Under the pieces are notes generated by a model. The model was not told the DNA's origin, ran no database searches, and saw only the letters and a list, made by a program, of their open reading frames with translations. This document shows positions 12,200 through 25,540 of a stretch of 64,000 bases of DNA, in pieces. Position numbers and translations under genes: made by a program. Origin of the DNA: Octopus sinensis (Eukaryota). Positions within the stretch are counted from its first letter, which is position 1; every line of letters starts with the position of its first letter. The stretch is taken from contig NC_042997.1 of NCBI RefSeq assembly GCF_006345805.1, forward strand, positions 84,196,001-84,260,000, in the 5' to 3' direction.

Positions 12200-12850
12200 C
12201 GAGGGGCGTTCAATAAGTAATGCCCCTGACCCACTTCCCATAGCAGTAGAGCAACGAAACTTGGCACAGTTATTAGTCTTTTTCTACATAGGAACCACCC
12301 AGAGTTACGCATTTCTCCCATCGTTTGATGCGGCTCTGGAGACCGTTTTTGTAGAAGAACCCAGCTTGGTCCTCCAACCTCAACGTGACTTCAGAAATCA
12401 AGGCTGCATCATCTGGGAAACGCTTTCCTTTCAAAAACAACTTCATGATTGGGAAGAGGTGAAAATCAGAGGGTGCAAGGTCAGGAAAGTAGGGGGGATG
12501 GGGAGGAGTTCATAGCCATACGCCTGTGCTTCTGATCTGGCGACAAGCGAGTTGTGGACCGGAGCGTTGTCCTGCAGGAGGAGGATGCCTTTGCTGATCT
12601 TGCCCCGCCTCTTGATTTTGATAACTTCTCTTAATTTCCTCAAAAGTGAAGCATAATAGGCTCCTGCAATTGTGGTACCCTTTGCCAGGAAATCTGTCAT
12701 CACTACTCCGTCCTGGTCCCAGAAGACTGGGAGCATGACCTTGCCAGCGGAGGGCTGCACCCTTGCCTTCTTTGGAGGGGGTGAGAATCTAACTGACCTC
12801 TTCTCAACTCACTCAGAATGGTACAGCTTGGAGATATTTTGTGGTTTCGG
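12200..12850 (-). mobile_element. 5'-truncated mariner transposon (irritans/Hsmar2-like)
   Basis: TA+CGAGGGGCGTTCAATAAGTAATG terminus at 12200; ORF 12443..12760 has AGKVM…VFWD and LLQDNAPVH; C-terminus …KRWEKCVTLGGSYVEKD* readable in another frame. Confidence 0.85.
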
Positions 12851-13336
12851 TGTGGTGGAGTTACTAGTAGACCCTACCAGATCACATCTTTTTGCAATAT
12901 ACTTCCACTCACACCACACGCTCGTATCGTTGCTCAAAGATGATGACAAGCTAAAAGTTAACGTCACTATAAGTATATCAGTCTCTAACTTTTGTATTTC
13001 ATTAACCCATGCACTACAGAAAGATCTGTGGGAGAGTATGTGACGCACAAGCTGCGTGTGTATGTGTGCGACGCACCATTTATGTGGCTTCTTCCAATGA
13101 TTCTTTAGAGGACACGGAGCAGCCTCTCCATTTCTTGGAAGGTTGCTATGTTTCATTACTCCTCGCTTTTTCCTAGTAAAATTACAAAACAGTATGAGGT
13201 TTTACTTCGAATATAGAAAACAGGCCAAAAATGTGTAGAGTGGATGGAAAACAGACAATTAAGCCTAAATGAAATTGGTCCTATAAATTTTATTGTGTCT
13301 AGGCAAAGTTATCATGCCAATAATAATAACACACTT

Positions 13337-13542
13337 AAGGCAGCGCGCTAGCAGAATCGTTAGCATGCTGAGCAGTATTTCGTCTGTCTGCACGTTCTGG
13401 GTTCAAATTCCACCGAGATCGACTTTACCTTTCATCCTTTCGGGACCGATAAAATAAGTACCGGTTGAGCACTGGGGTAGATGTAATCGACTAGCACCCT
13501 CCCCCAAAATGTCTGGCCTTGTGCCAAAATTTGAAACCAATA
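13337..13542 (+). mobile_element. SINE family A
   Basis: Homologous to 302-518. Confidence 0.8.
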
Positions 13543-14146
13543 TCAATAACACACTCACTGGTTCAATTCCACTCCTTTATTATAAGTCAATTGATTAAAT
13601 ATCTACCCAACTAACTAACCGATCATTTGTTTAATCTGTTGGTTATTAATATTGGCGTAACGACTCTCCCTAGACAGAATTTATTTCAACACACGAATTC
13701 ACACAAAGAATCTTGCAAACCAAATACAAAAACGAAATGGAATTTGCTTCTATAGAGTTACCTAGAATTACTTCAAGTGAAACAGAGGATCCTACAAGTC
13801 CTAGAATATTTTGATCATCAAAGGTAAGTGCAGAACTATAAGCAAAGAACAAGAAATTGCCTCTGGCTATCAATATCAAGCGTTGTAGGTGAAAAAAAGG
13901 ACAGTAACAAATAAAATAAAGTCAGATCGAAAGCACCAAACAAAAATAAAGAGCAACAAAAGCAAAGCAAATTTTTAGTTTAAGAATCTTTTAATTTGTA
14001 TAAATTATTACAAAAAAAATGAATATATAAAGTGTACAAAGTAAAGTAATAATTAATGCTTCATCGTCTAAACTAAAAAAGAAATTGACTTAATTGTTTT
14101 GATAAATCAAAACAAATAGATCAGATTTAGAATTAGATACTAAGAG

Positions 14147-14149
<3 letters not shown>

Positions 14150-14191
<42 letters not shown>

Positions 14192-15130
14192 TGAGAATGT
14201 GTGTCTGTCTGTCAGTCTGTGTGTTTCCCTAAAACTTGAGAACTACACAACCAATTTCATTCAAATTTTACACATGCCCTACTTAGGGTCCGGGGAGTGT
14301 CATCGGCAAAATTAAAAAAAACTTTTTGCCTAGGGCAAGCCCACAGCAATATCATATCTTCTCCACTATTTCAGTATTACGTGTTAAAAGTGAAACAAAA
14401 ACATTTCTCTATTTTATGTCAGATACTTTCACTTTAACAATAAAAATAATAATAACAATTGAATTATATGTAGTAAGTAATAATTAAAATCAAACTATAA
14501 TATAATCGTAACATAACAAAAATAAAAATAGCAATTGGTATAAAATTGCATTAATGACTTGAACTTGAATAAGTGGTTTCACATGAATGGGAATAAATTA
14601 AAAATAAAATTAGCGTGCAGAAATGGAATAGTCCACATGGATAATAAAAAATTAAATTAAAGAAAAAACTATTGTCTATAAAGTAGTCTTGGTGCGACTA
14701 TGAAAGATATCTAACCAGAGGCGGTAAATTCGCCACAATAGAAGCAAGGTTCGAGTCAACGGAGCGTGCAAGGGAGTACTCGAATCGAACTTGCAAAGTG
14801 GAAATATTTTATTTTTACCTTTATATCTGGGACGTAGGACGTGCCGGATAAAAATTAAAAATCCCTTCCCCTGGAAGAAAGATAAAAGAAAAACGGTTTA
14901 TTAAAATGTTCAAACCTATTCTGAACGGAAACAATAACAATACTATAACAACTAGTTAATAATATGAATTAAAAATATTTTTAGCATATGAATATAAACA
15001 AATTACAGAAGACTCCCACCAACTGAAATAAAAACGATTGAAATCAACTAAGTTTGCTCATTCATAAAACCATTACATGTAAACAGCAAGCTAATTGATT
15101 GAAATAAAGGTGGGATCTATGCCAGTAATA
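14150..15130 (+). mobile_element. Non-autonomous Helitron 5' fragment
   Basis: (TA)nTATAAAAACTGAGAATGTGTGTCTGTCTGTC start resembles the other Helitron 5' ends; no clear 3' hairpin/CTRR. Confidence 0.45.
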
Positions 15131-15515
15131 TCGGTACGTCCGGCAAAACGTGACAAATAAGCTGCATGCGAATTGGTCAAAACCGTATTCCAAAAATTCA
15201 GCTTGTTGGAGCCTTCTTAGAAATATAAAAAGGAAGTCAGTTATTTTACTACAGTTGTCAAGAACTCGTCTGTCAGTTAAATATATTTTGAAATCTGATG
15301 ATTACTACGAACGTATGAAAGCGCTAATTGAACTTTATGAACATTACAAAATTGTTTTTAATGTTTAACACACTTCAATATTATAAAAAGATAAGGTTTT
15401 TTTTAAATATAATAAAAAACGTGAAAATCAGACTATGTTTTAACTTTATTCAACTGATACATACACACAAACACACACATATATAAGCATAATCATGTGT
15501 ATATATGCGTGCAGA

Positions 15516-15553
<38 letters not shown>

Positions 15554-16111
15554 AAAGAAATATAACATTCATTTCCTGATTTTAATTAAACTTTAAAGAT
15601 GCTGATAACCTTGGTAATACAAAACTAGAGCCTTTTAACATATTAAGCGACCGCGTTGAAGAGGCTCAATATGTTGAAAATAGCAGTCAAAACTTCTTCG
15701 AATCACAATCCTCTTGCTTAGAACAAGGTGGGCCGACAATGCGGTCTTAAATTTATAACGGTGATGACTTTTTGTAGATACTTGCATTAAACGGGAAACA
15801 GATCCTATATCGAGTGTCTCCCCTCCAGGATATTGTTGGGGGTAGATTCTGGAGTTGCGTAGAACGTTATTGGGGATCAAATAATCTTCGAGGAGGTTAG
15901 ATCCTGGTTCTTAAAATATTGCTCTTCTCACTTTTGAGTACTTGTCAGCAGCATTTGCTTTTGCTGGTGTTATCCGGTTGATACGTGAGTGATACTATTG
16001 CAACCCTCAAAGCCTATCTGATTAATCTGAAATCTTTCTACCCCGGAGATCGAGCCTATCAGTATCACTACTTCTGTGGAAGTTTACAGCTGATAAAATA
16101 TCTAACATGTT

Positions 16112-16318
16112 TAAGGCGGCGAGCTGGCAGAATCGTTAGCGCGCCGGACAAAATGCATAGCGGAATTTCGCCCGTCTTTACATTCAGAGTTCAAACTCCG
16201 CCGAGGTCGACTATGTCTTTCATCCTTTCGGGGTTGATAAAATAAGTACCAGTTGAGCATTAGCTTCGATGTAATCCACCGAATTTACTGGCCTTGTGCC
16301 AAAATTTGAAACCAATAT
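16112..16318 (+). mobile_element. SINE family A
   Basis: Homologous to 302-518. Confidence 0.8.
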
Positions 16319-16377
16319 CTAACGTGTTCCGTATTAATAGTGTGGATATTCTCTATAGATTAATAAATTACCCTAAA

Positions 16378-16560
16378 TCCTTTAATATAACGACAGCTGC
16401 GTCCGTCCGTCTGTCCGAAGCCATCAGTAATTTGATAGTGGGAAAGAGAAGGTGAATGAAATAGAGAGTGACAGAAAGAAAGAATGAAAGAAAGAGATAT
16501 TGAGGAAGAGCGTCAGTCCGTCACAAAATATCAATAAGGAAGGGTGATAAAGAGAGAGAG
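16378..16560 (+). mobile_element. Second copy of the 5' terminus of the large Helitron
   Basis: a|TCCTTTAATATAACGACAGC…TGTCCGAAGCCATCAG…GAGATATTGAGGA is similar to 17117-17240. Confidence 0.55.
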
Positions 16561-17236
16561 AAAAAACAATAGTTGAGTTAGAGAGAGAGAAAAATCAATG
16601 GTAGAGCTAGAGAGAGAGAGGGAGGTAGAGAAGTAGATTTGAGAAGGGGAGGAGAGAAAGAAAGAGAGACAGAGAGATATACAAAGAGAGAGAGAGGGAG
16701 AACATGCGTATGTAAAAGGAATGTATGTGATAGTTTGTGTGTGCGTATGTACTATGGAAGTGTAAGAGAATACTGAACTCTGATGAGTGTGAGTGTGCAT
16801 GCAAAAGGGAAGTATATGAATGTTTGTATGTATGAAACAGCGCCTGACGTTAAAATGAAACTGATTTTTTCCCCTTCTTTTGAAATTTTATTTTATATCA
16901 TAAATTGTAACTGAAACATAATCCATTGTTTTGAATGAAATATTTGCTTTGATAATGATAAAGGAGAAAATATCATACATAGAAGAAAGAAAGAAAAAAC
17001 GATAATATTTCTTTTCTTCCTTTAAGTTTGTTTTAAGTTCTTGCCAGTGTCTTCCCGGCACCTACAGCAACTAAACTCATTGTGTACATTGATAAGTCAT
17101 ACACCCAATTGTTCAATCCTTACAATAATGACAGCCATGTAGCCCGTTTTGTTCCGTTTGTCCGAAGCCTTCAGTAATTAGTTAGAGGAAGAGAGGTGAA
17201 TTAAATAGAGAGTGAAAGAAAGAAAGAGATATTGAG

Positions 17237-17272
<36 letters not shown>

Positions 17273-17850
17273 GGAAGAAAGACAGATAGAAAGACAAGCT
17301 GTTGTAGATTGTTAAGCTGCTGGTGTTAGGGAAAATAGAAAATGAATTAAATAGAGAGAGAAAGTGAAATAAAGAAAGGAATAGCTCTGTCCACGTATCT
17401 CTCTCTGCCTCATGCTGCCATGTGATCTCTGTTTGAATTCTTTTTCCTATCATGCTCGCTAATACAAAACGTCTAAAACATCTTTTACTCTAACGCTTCA
17501 TGAAACTAGCGATTGAAAACTGTGTTTCCAGGAGTTGGTGTAATTCTTAATATTTACCGTTACATGTGGATACCGTTTCAATAGCTCTGTCAACGTATTC
17601 GTTATACTTTTTAATGTTCTTCTTTCATTCATTCCTATTTGTGAGTCTCAGATAAAAACAATATGTATGTGTGTGTGCGCGCGCGTATAAGTATGTATGT
17701 AAATGTTTGTGAGAAAGTTTGGTCATTTTAATACCTCACGCTGTGTAAATAAGATACCAATATTGTCATCATAATACAATCGCCTGTCTATTATGTTTTT
17801 ATTTTCATACTATTCTATTTAATTAATAAATATTTAATTAAAATTGGTCC

Positions 17851-20800
17851 ATGGAAGAGGAACGGTTCAATTATAGAAGAACTGCAAAAAATTCGAGACT
17901 GCAATTACGAAGATTGAGGCAAACCGAAGAACAGAAGGAAGAGCAACATAAAGGGAACACAGAAAGACGGCGTCCGCTCCGTTTATCGCAGTCACAGGAG
18001 CGAAAAAGCAAATTTTAGAACAAGATGCTGCTCAGCATAGCAATGCAAGACAACAACTGTCACAAGAGCGTGAACAGATTTTAGAACAAAATGCAGTGTA
18101 ACACAGAAGACGTTGGCAAATCAATTATAGGCTGACTCTTAATATAGCTCGACAATATGATATAGACGGACTTCTACAAGTTCCCGTTGACGTTGCTCGC
18201 CATAGTTACGACCTCATGGAAGTGCGTTGCCACCACTGCAATGCTTTGATGTTTATGGGAGAGCGTACGGGAGGAACAATGAACAATCCCAGTTTTGGTA
18301 CATGTTGTAAATCAGGAATGATAAAAATTGAAAATATCCCTGAGTTACCGAATGAACTTGCTGATCTCTTTCTTTCTAATACTCCCGAAGCAAATTGTTT
18401 CAAACGTAATATTCGAAGGTTCAACAGCGTAATGGCAATGTGTTCTATGAAAGTAGATGACGCTTCAGTACTGAGAGGAACTACAAATTACAGAATACAT
18501 GGAATTCTTTATAGATTTATTGGAGATCCTAGAAACCAAATAGGAACAGTCCCGTCTAGCTTAGAAACGTATTTCTATGATCATGAAGAACAAATAAGAC
18601 GAACAGAAAGAATGCCTCTTAACAATACAAACTAAGCCTTTGATGTAAACATATTTCGAAAAATTCATTCTGCTATGATATCTACTGAAAATACTTACTT
18701 GCAATCTTTCTATCCGTGAAGGAGCAAATTGACGCTGGAAATATTCCTACTGATGTGTCAGTTGGCTTATATACAGATAAAAAACACCTCATTGAGAACA
18801 CTCCAGGAGATATAATCTACCAACTTCTAATCAGCTTACTATTCTTATACCAAATAATCTTGATGAGGAAGCGAACTGCTCAGAACGAATGGTCGCAACA
18901 AAATTCAGAGCAGAGAATAACAAAAAATCTTTACGAATATCAAATGACTCGCATCGGTCATACGACCCAATGATGTAACCGTGTTTTTTTAAACTTCTGG
19001 CTTAGATGGGTGCCACCTTGGATTAATGAATGAAAATGGCAACCGTCAAATTTCAATCGTTCAATTTTATTATCGCATCATGAAAAGAACAGAATCTACA
19101 AATATATTGCAATTAGGTCAGTGTTTGTTTCAGCAATACTGTGCAGATCAATTTGCCAAAGTACAGTCCTCCTGTTTACGATATGTTCGTAACAATCAAG
19201 CAACCTTAAGAGCTGTTTTATATAATGGTTTACAAGATGCTATACTTGCAGGTGATACTGATCGTACAGGTCGTAGATATATATTGCCAAGTTCATTTAC
19301 AGGAAGTCCGCGATATATGGCAAAACACTACCACGATGCAATGGCCATAGTTAGAAAGTTTGGCAAATCTACTTTATTTTTAACTTTTACATGCAACCCC
19401 AAATGGCATGAAATAGTTAACGAGATTTCTGTGGGCCAGACGGCGGTTGACTGACCAGATATCACCGCAAGAGTATTTCAATTAAAGCAACAACAACTAT
19501 TTCACGATATCAAATCAGGAGCTCTTGTGAACACAGTGGAATTTCAAAAAAGAGGATTACCTCATTGCCATTTCTTATTCATAATACAAAATCATCACAA
19601 CGCATGGCAAGAAATTGATAAAATTGTCACAGCTGAACTTCCTAATCCCGAAAACCCATTAACGCCACTTCTTTATTCCTTGGTGAAGGAACACATGATA
19701 CATGGACCCTGCGGAAAAGATAATTTAAATTCTCCCTGCATGGTGAATGGTGTTTGCAGTAAAAGATATCCAAAAGATTAAATATCACAAACCTTAATTG
19801 GAAATGATTCTTATCTACAATATCGTCGCCAAAACCCTCGAGATTGGTGGCTTCGCGGCTTCAATACGTACTGGAAATAGAGAAATTGCTGTTGATAGCC
19901 GTTATGTAGTTCCTTATAATGCTTGGTTGTCGGAGAAGTACGAGGCGCATATTAATCTTGAATAGTGTGCATCTATTAAGGCTGTGAAATATCTTTACAA
20001 GTACATTTTCAAAGGTATTGACCATGCAACAATTTCTTTACACAGACAAAAAGATAGCGTGCGTCTTAATGTTGGCAATGAAAATCAAATGGATGAAATT
20101 TCGAATTACGAAAATTGCCGCTATACTGGAGCGTCGGAGGCTTGCTGGAAATTATTTGAGCTTCCAATTCATCAAAGGCAGCCTGCTATTGAATGCTTGC
20201 CGAATTACTTGCCAGATCAACAGATGATTGTATTTAATCCGAATCATGCACAAGAAGCTTTAGCAAAAAATAGATCGACTAAATTGACACCATATTTCAA
20301 GATGAATGAAGGAGATACCCTAGCAAAAGATACCCTCTATTGTGACTTTCCACAACATTATACTTGGTACATTATTTGCATTATTTACATTTGACGGATA
20401 CTTGTCCTCGTTTGTTGTTAACACAATGTTTCCGCTGATATACTCTGCAGCCTTCATCAGGTGCCTTGGGTTATATGGCGTAGTGGTTAAGAGTGCAGGC
20501 TACTAACCCCAAGATTGCGAGTTCGATTCCAGGCAGTGACCTGAATAATAATAACAGCATCGAAAAATATCTTGGGAATGAGAACCCAGTTTCGAAATTT
20601 CCCCAAGACACCTGATGAAGGCTGGAAGGTATATCAACCGAAACGTTGTTTCAACAACAAACAAGATGAGGACAAATATCCGTCAAATGTAAATAATGTA
20701 AATAATGTTACATAATTCCTCATCTCTTAAATATAGAACTGTATTACTTGATATAACAATAATAAAAGTTGGGGGAGAAGAGTTAGACAAAGTGACGATG

Positions 20801-22731
20801 TTCCAGAAGCTCTTGGTAGAGTGTACGCAGTACATCCATCGCAAGGGGAGCTATTTTATCTTAGACTATTACTTCAATATAAAGCGGGAGGGACGAGCTT
20901 TGAAAATTTAATCACAATTAACAGTGTTTGCGAAAATTTTAAGCAAGCATGTCAAATGATGAATCTATTAGAAGGATCAAGAATGGGAACTTTGTCTAAA
21001 CGAGGCAAGAACAATATGTTCAGCGAGTGATTTACGAAACTTGTTTGTCAGTATTCTTCAGTTTTGCTCTCCATCCAGACCACTAGAATTATAGAACATG
21101 TTTCGCGAAGATCTTTGCCAAGATTACTTCCATCAAATGAGACAACACAATTTTTCCCACGAAGCAGCTTTGGATATTGCCCTAAATGATATGCTGTATG
21201 AATTGGATCATTGCATGGGTCAGCATGACCGTAGTAAATATTTTTTGGATTGCCTGCTGCTATTGGTGATTTCCGAATGAGTAATGCTCTACTTCATGAA
21301 GATGAGATAGATCCATATGCAGAAGAATTTTTCAATGCTAACATCCATATATTAAATAATGACCAGAGAATCATTTTTCAACTGAAAATTGATAGAAATG
21401 AAGGTGGTTTGATATTTATTGATGCACCCGGGGGTACTGGCAAAACTTTTCCTCTTAATGTATTACTGTCTTATGTGCGCAAAAACAACCAGCTAGCTAT
21501 TGCGACAGCGTCATCAGGCATTGCTGCGACACTATAGAAGCTAGGTCGCACTGCTTACTCTCAATTCAAGCTCCTCATACCAATAAACTAATTTAACATG
21601 CAAAATATCTCCTCTTGATGTCACTGGCCGTTTGTTCCATGATGCACGCTTGATTGTTTGGGACGAGGCAACCATGTGCCATTGTTATCTATTTGAAGCG
21701 CTGAATCGAACACTGAAGTATGTAATGAACAACGACTTGATCTTCGGCGGCAAATTGGCAATTTTAGGTGGTGGTTTCCGTCAAATTCTTCCAGTGGTTC
21801 GAAGAGCACAAAGGTATTCTCTAATCTATAATTTGGCACGAATGCAAAACACTCTCAGCAATAAGGATACCACATCTCAAGCTCGACTGGTATATCATTC
21901 TGTTTTGTTATTGCAAGTTGGTTGGCGGAAGAATCCCCAATGTTCAAAGACAATTATATGATGACGTAATTGAGATTCCTCAGTAATTTCAAGTCAACAG
22001 CAAGGAGGATTTGATCAACCATATCTATGAAGATTTAGAAGTAAATTTTAACAATGCCCAATGGTTATCATCAAGAACAATATTAACAACAAAGAATGTA
22101 GAAGTTGACAATCTAAAAACCACATAATCCAGAAATTTCCAGTTGAGACATATACTCTGAGTAATATTGATTCCGTTGCAGAAGATCAATAATCTGCACT
22201 CTATCCTCCTGAATTTCTGAATTCTCTTAATATATATGGCATGTCACCTCACATTATCAAATTAAAAACGGGTGTTCCTATAATGTTGCTAAGAAACTTA
22301 GATCAGAGAAATGGGCACTGCAATGGCGCACATTATAGAGTGTTATCGGTGTCAGATATGATGATCACTGTAAGTAAAATAACTGGTGTTGACGCAGGAC
22401 GCACACTTTTGATTCCCCGCATTATTCTGCAACCCTCTGATACCGATTTGCTCTTTACTTTGAAAAGATACCAATTTCCAGTGAGACCTGCTTTTGCGAT
22501 GTCTATAAACAAAAGTCAAGGTCAAAGCCTTTCTAAGTGCGGCAACTACATGCCTGCGCCCGTATTTACTCATGGCCAGTTACATGTCGCTCCAGGTAAC
22601 TGGCTATGGATCCAGTGAATCTTAAAATATTTGCTGATCAAAAAGAATTTACCAGATCAGGTAAAAGTAGACGTCATAATGAAAATGTAAGAAGACTTAC
22701 GCGTAATGTTGTCTACATGGAAATAGTGTAA
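17851..22731 (+). pseudogene. Helitron RepHel (HUH Rep + PIF1-family helicase), frameshifted
   Basis: CHHC…CCKSG zinc motif; LFLTFTCNPKW; EFQKRGLPHCH (HUH); KYLYKYIFKG; DAPGGTGKT (Walker A); WDEATM; GGGFRQILPVV; QFPVRPAFAMSINKSQGQS; FTHGQL; ends NVVYMEIV*; spread over many short ORFs. Confidence 0.95.
20367..20744 (+). mobile_element. Family H SINE insertion: inverted 3' fragment (20367-20470) plus full copy (20468-20744)
   Basis: Interrupts RepHel; TACTTG at 20361-20366 and 20745-20750 is a candidate TSD; both parts carry CTGATGA…GAAAC. Confidence 0.85.
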
Positions 22732-22970
22732 ATATTGATATACTGCCTATGTAAAAAGTACAGATTTGCTTAATATTTTCTTTGTTATTTTATTACTGAT
22801 TTTGTAAAGTATTTGCATAAATAAGAATATGTAAATATAGTATCAAATTATATCTTTTGTGTATTTCTCACACAGATGAATTAATTCGAAATATTATTCT
22901 TAACATAGCATAGTTTTTTCTTTATTGACGGGTCATGTACTAGTGTTGATAATATTAGTGGTGCTGGCAG

Positions 22971-23192
22971 AAGGTGGCGAGCTGGTAGAATCCTTTGCAT
23001 GCCGAGTAAAAAGCTTAGCAGCATTTCGTTCGTCTTTACGTTCTAAGTTCAAATCCCGCCGAGATCGACTTTGCCTTTCCATCCTTTCGGGGTCGATAAA
23101 ATAAGTACCAGTTGAACACTGGAATCGATGTAATCGGTTTAACGCCGCCTTTTGAATTGCTGGCCTTGTGTCAAAATTTGAAACCAATATTA
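22971..23192 (+). mobile_element. SINE family A
   Basis: Homologous to 302-518. Confidence 0.8.
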
Positions 23193-24227
23193 CTAGCACT
23201 GTAAATGTATCCCCGTAACAAGAAACTCCCGACTGCAAACTTTTTTTAATGAAACGGTGCATTACGTTTTGGTTATTCGATCTTCGTTCACAATACATTT
23301 GTATAATATATTTTCCTCAATACCTAGGCATTTGTAGCACTCATTTTGTATAGTAGTAAAGATAGAGAGTTCATAATGCTAATGTTTTTCTTTTGGAAGG
23401 TAGTTGTAACGTGTTCAACTACTACGTACAAACCTTTTGTTGTGACTAAATTATATTCTGATATCTAAAAATGTGATTTAAATCTTGCTCTTTCGAGGCA
23501 TTTTGCATATTTTCAATGTAGAATTTTTAAGACGGTCCATAAAAAAATGTCTACATTCATATTTACTTCTGCTGTAGACCCTAACATATGACAATTGGGT
23601 GGTTGCAAAAAATATACTGGGTTTTCAACCAAACTTAATAGAATCATACGGACTGTTTCTTTAAAATATTTCTTTCGTGAGATTTTCAAAATTAGGTGAT
23701 CATCGTGCTTTCAGTTACATGAGTGAGAAGGAATAACCAGCTCTTTGTGAGTCTTTTAATGGTGGTAAACCAAAGCAGCAAATGCCTTACTTTTCTCAAG
23801 AGTAATGACTCCAGCAACCATAAATGGTGAATAAAGCCTTTGCAATCAAACCACATTAAAATAAGTTAATTTCTTTAATTTTACGTTTTTCAGCACAGTA
23901 TTATTATTTAGTTTTTCAGTAACTACTCACATTCCTCTCTTTGGTTGAAATTGCAATAATATCGGGGAATAGGTTTCAACAGTTTGTATATATTTAAGTA
24001 AGAAATAACTCTACATTTATCTAAGTCGCCGATTTCATTTTTGACTATAAGACATATCTATGATATAGTAAGTTGGCACTTAAGCCTTCCACAGTTCATT
24101 TAAACATATACATGTGTAGCGTTTTGAGGAACGGTAACAATTAGTACTGGAGGCGATGTAATCGTCCCTCTTCCAAAATTTCAGGCCTCGTGCCTATAGT
24201 AGAAAGGATCATTAATACTCTCATGCG

Positions 24228-24440
24228 GGCAGTGGATTGACAGAATCGTTAGAGCGTTGAAAAAATATTTTGCGATATTTTTTCCGTCACTTTATGCTCT
24301 GAGTTCAAATCCGCTGAGACGAAAGTTACCTTTCATCTTTTCGGGGTAAAGAGAATAATATGCCGGTCTATGATAAGCATACTGGAGTCTATGTAATCGA
24401 CTAACATCCTTTAAGCCTGTCTATATCAGAAACAATTATT
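24228..24440 (+). mobile_element. SINE family A, degenerate
   Basis: CAGAATCGTTAG…GAGTTCAAATCC…ATGTAATCGAC. Confidence 0.65.
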
Positions 24441-25451
24441 AGTACACTCGTGTCACCGAAGACTGGTTCTTCTGATAAGTTTATGGCCACATTTCTGGTA
24501 ATAACATCTCTAATTTCCCTCCAAGCTTTCCAGTGAATTGCAGTTAAATCTTGTAGAGTGTAAAAAAAATTCCTTTCTGATTTTTTTCTTTCACCACGTG
24601 GAGCAGTTGCTGTGAATGAGACAGAACAACATATGGAAATTGTATTTGCAGTGTAATCTAGTTATGGGCATATAATTTGTTGTTGTTTTTGTCGTTATTG
24701 TTTTTTTCTTCTGTTTTCGTTGAATAGCCCCGTTCAAGCAGAACTTTTATACAAACAGGCTGCTAATTAAACACATAACTACAACCGTCCTCATGGCTGT
24801 TGCAAACCGGATATGTCTCATATTAGTTTGTTATGGGGCTGTGAAATGCAGTCCAATAAAATGGCTGTCTGTCGTAGATCACAGAATGACAAATGCATAT
24901 ACATATCCCAAATATGGCTGACAAATATAGCGATATACTCAGTCTAGATAATACAATACTTTTCACATCTAATAAATTAACTCCGCCTTTTTTCCTTCTA
25001 GGCTATGGTCATTATTAAAGCCTATTTTTAATAATCTAGTCAGAATCGGCAAAGTAGAGGCAATATGCCCTCTATATACATGATTATTTCAATTACTTTG
25101 TGAAGCAAATATTGTGAGTGAAGCTTATCTTATCAAGATCATAACGATTAATTTCACTGACAGTTCTGTTCCATTATCTAAAGTGTTAAGTACATGAGGT
25201 TTTTATCCTCCCTTCGATGTGACATTTGTCATAGGTAGCTTTTCCCGTCGGTGGATTTGAATACAATACACCAAGCCAACGAACTACAATGTTTCTGCTG
25301 CTTATAGCGGTGAACTATTCTTAGGGGTGGTTAGACTTGGTCGTTAGAAGAGCTTCTTAAACTCGAGACATGACGTAACGCGGATGACAAGACACCATCC
25401 CTCGAACCTTAGGCGTGATGTACGACCGGTAATCACACACGCGCGCGCGCA

Positions 25452-25540
<89 letters not shown>
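25452..25540. repeat. (ATCT)n microsatellite
   Basis: Direct reading. Confidence 0.95.

Larger units (their letters stand above)
17117..22943 (+). mobile_element. Full-length but decayed Helitron (~5.8 kb)
   Basis: Inferred 5' a|TC at 17117; 3' GACGGGTCATGTACTAG|t at 22940-22943; contains the RepHel pseudogene. Confidence 0.85.

Noticed and set aside
23600-23900. Tc1-like relic on the minus strand (AR.SP…ENL)
   Set aside because: Only a few matching residues and no TIR
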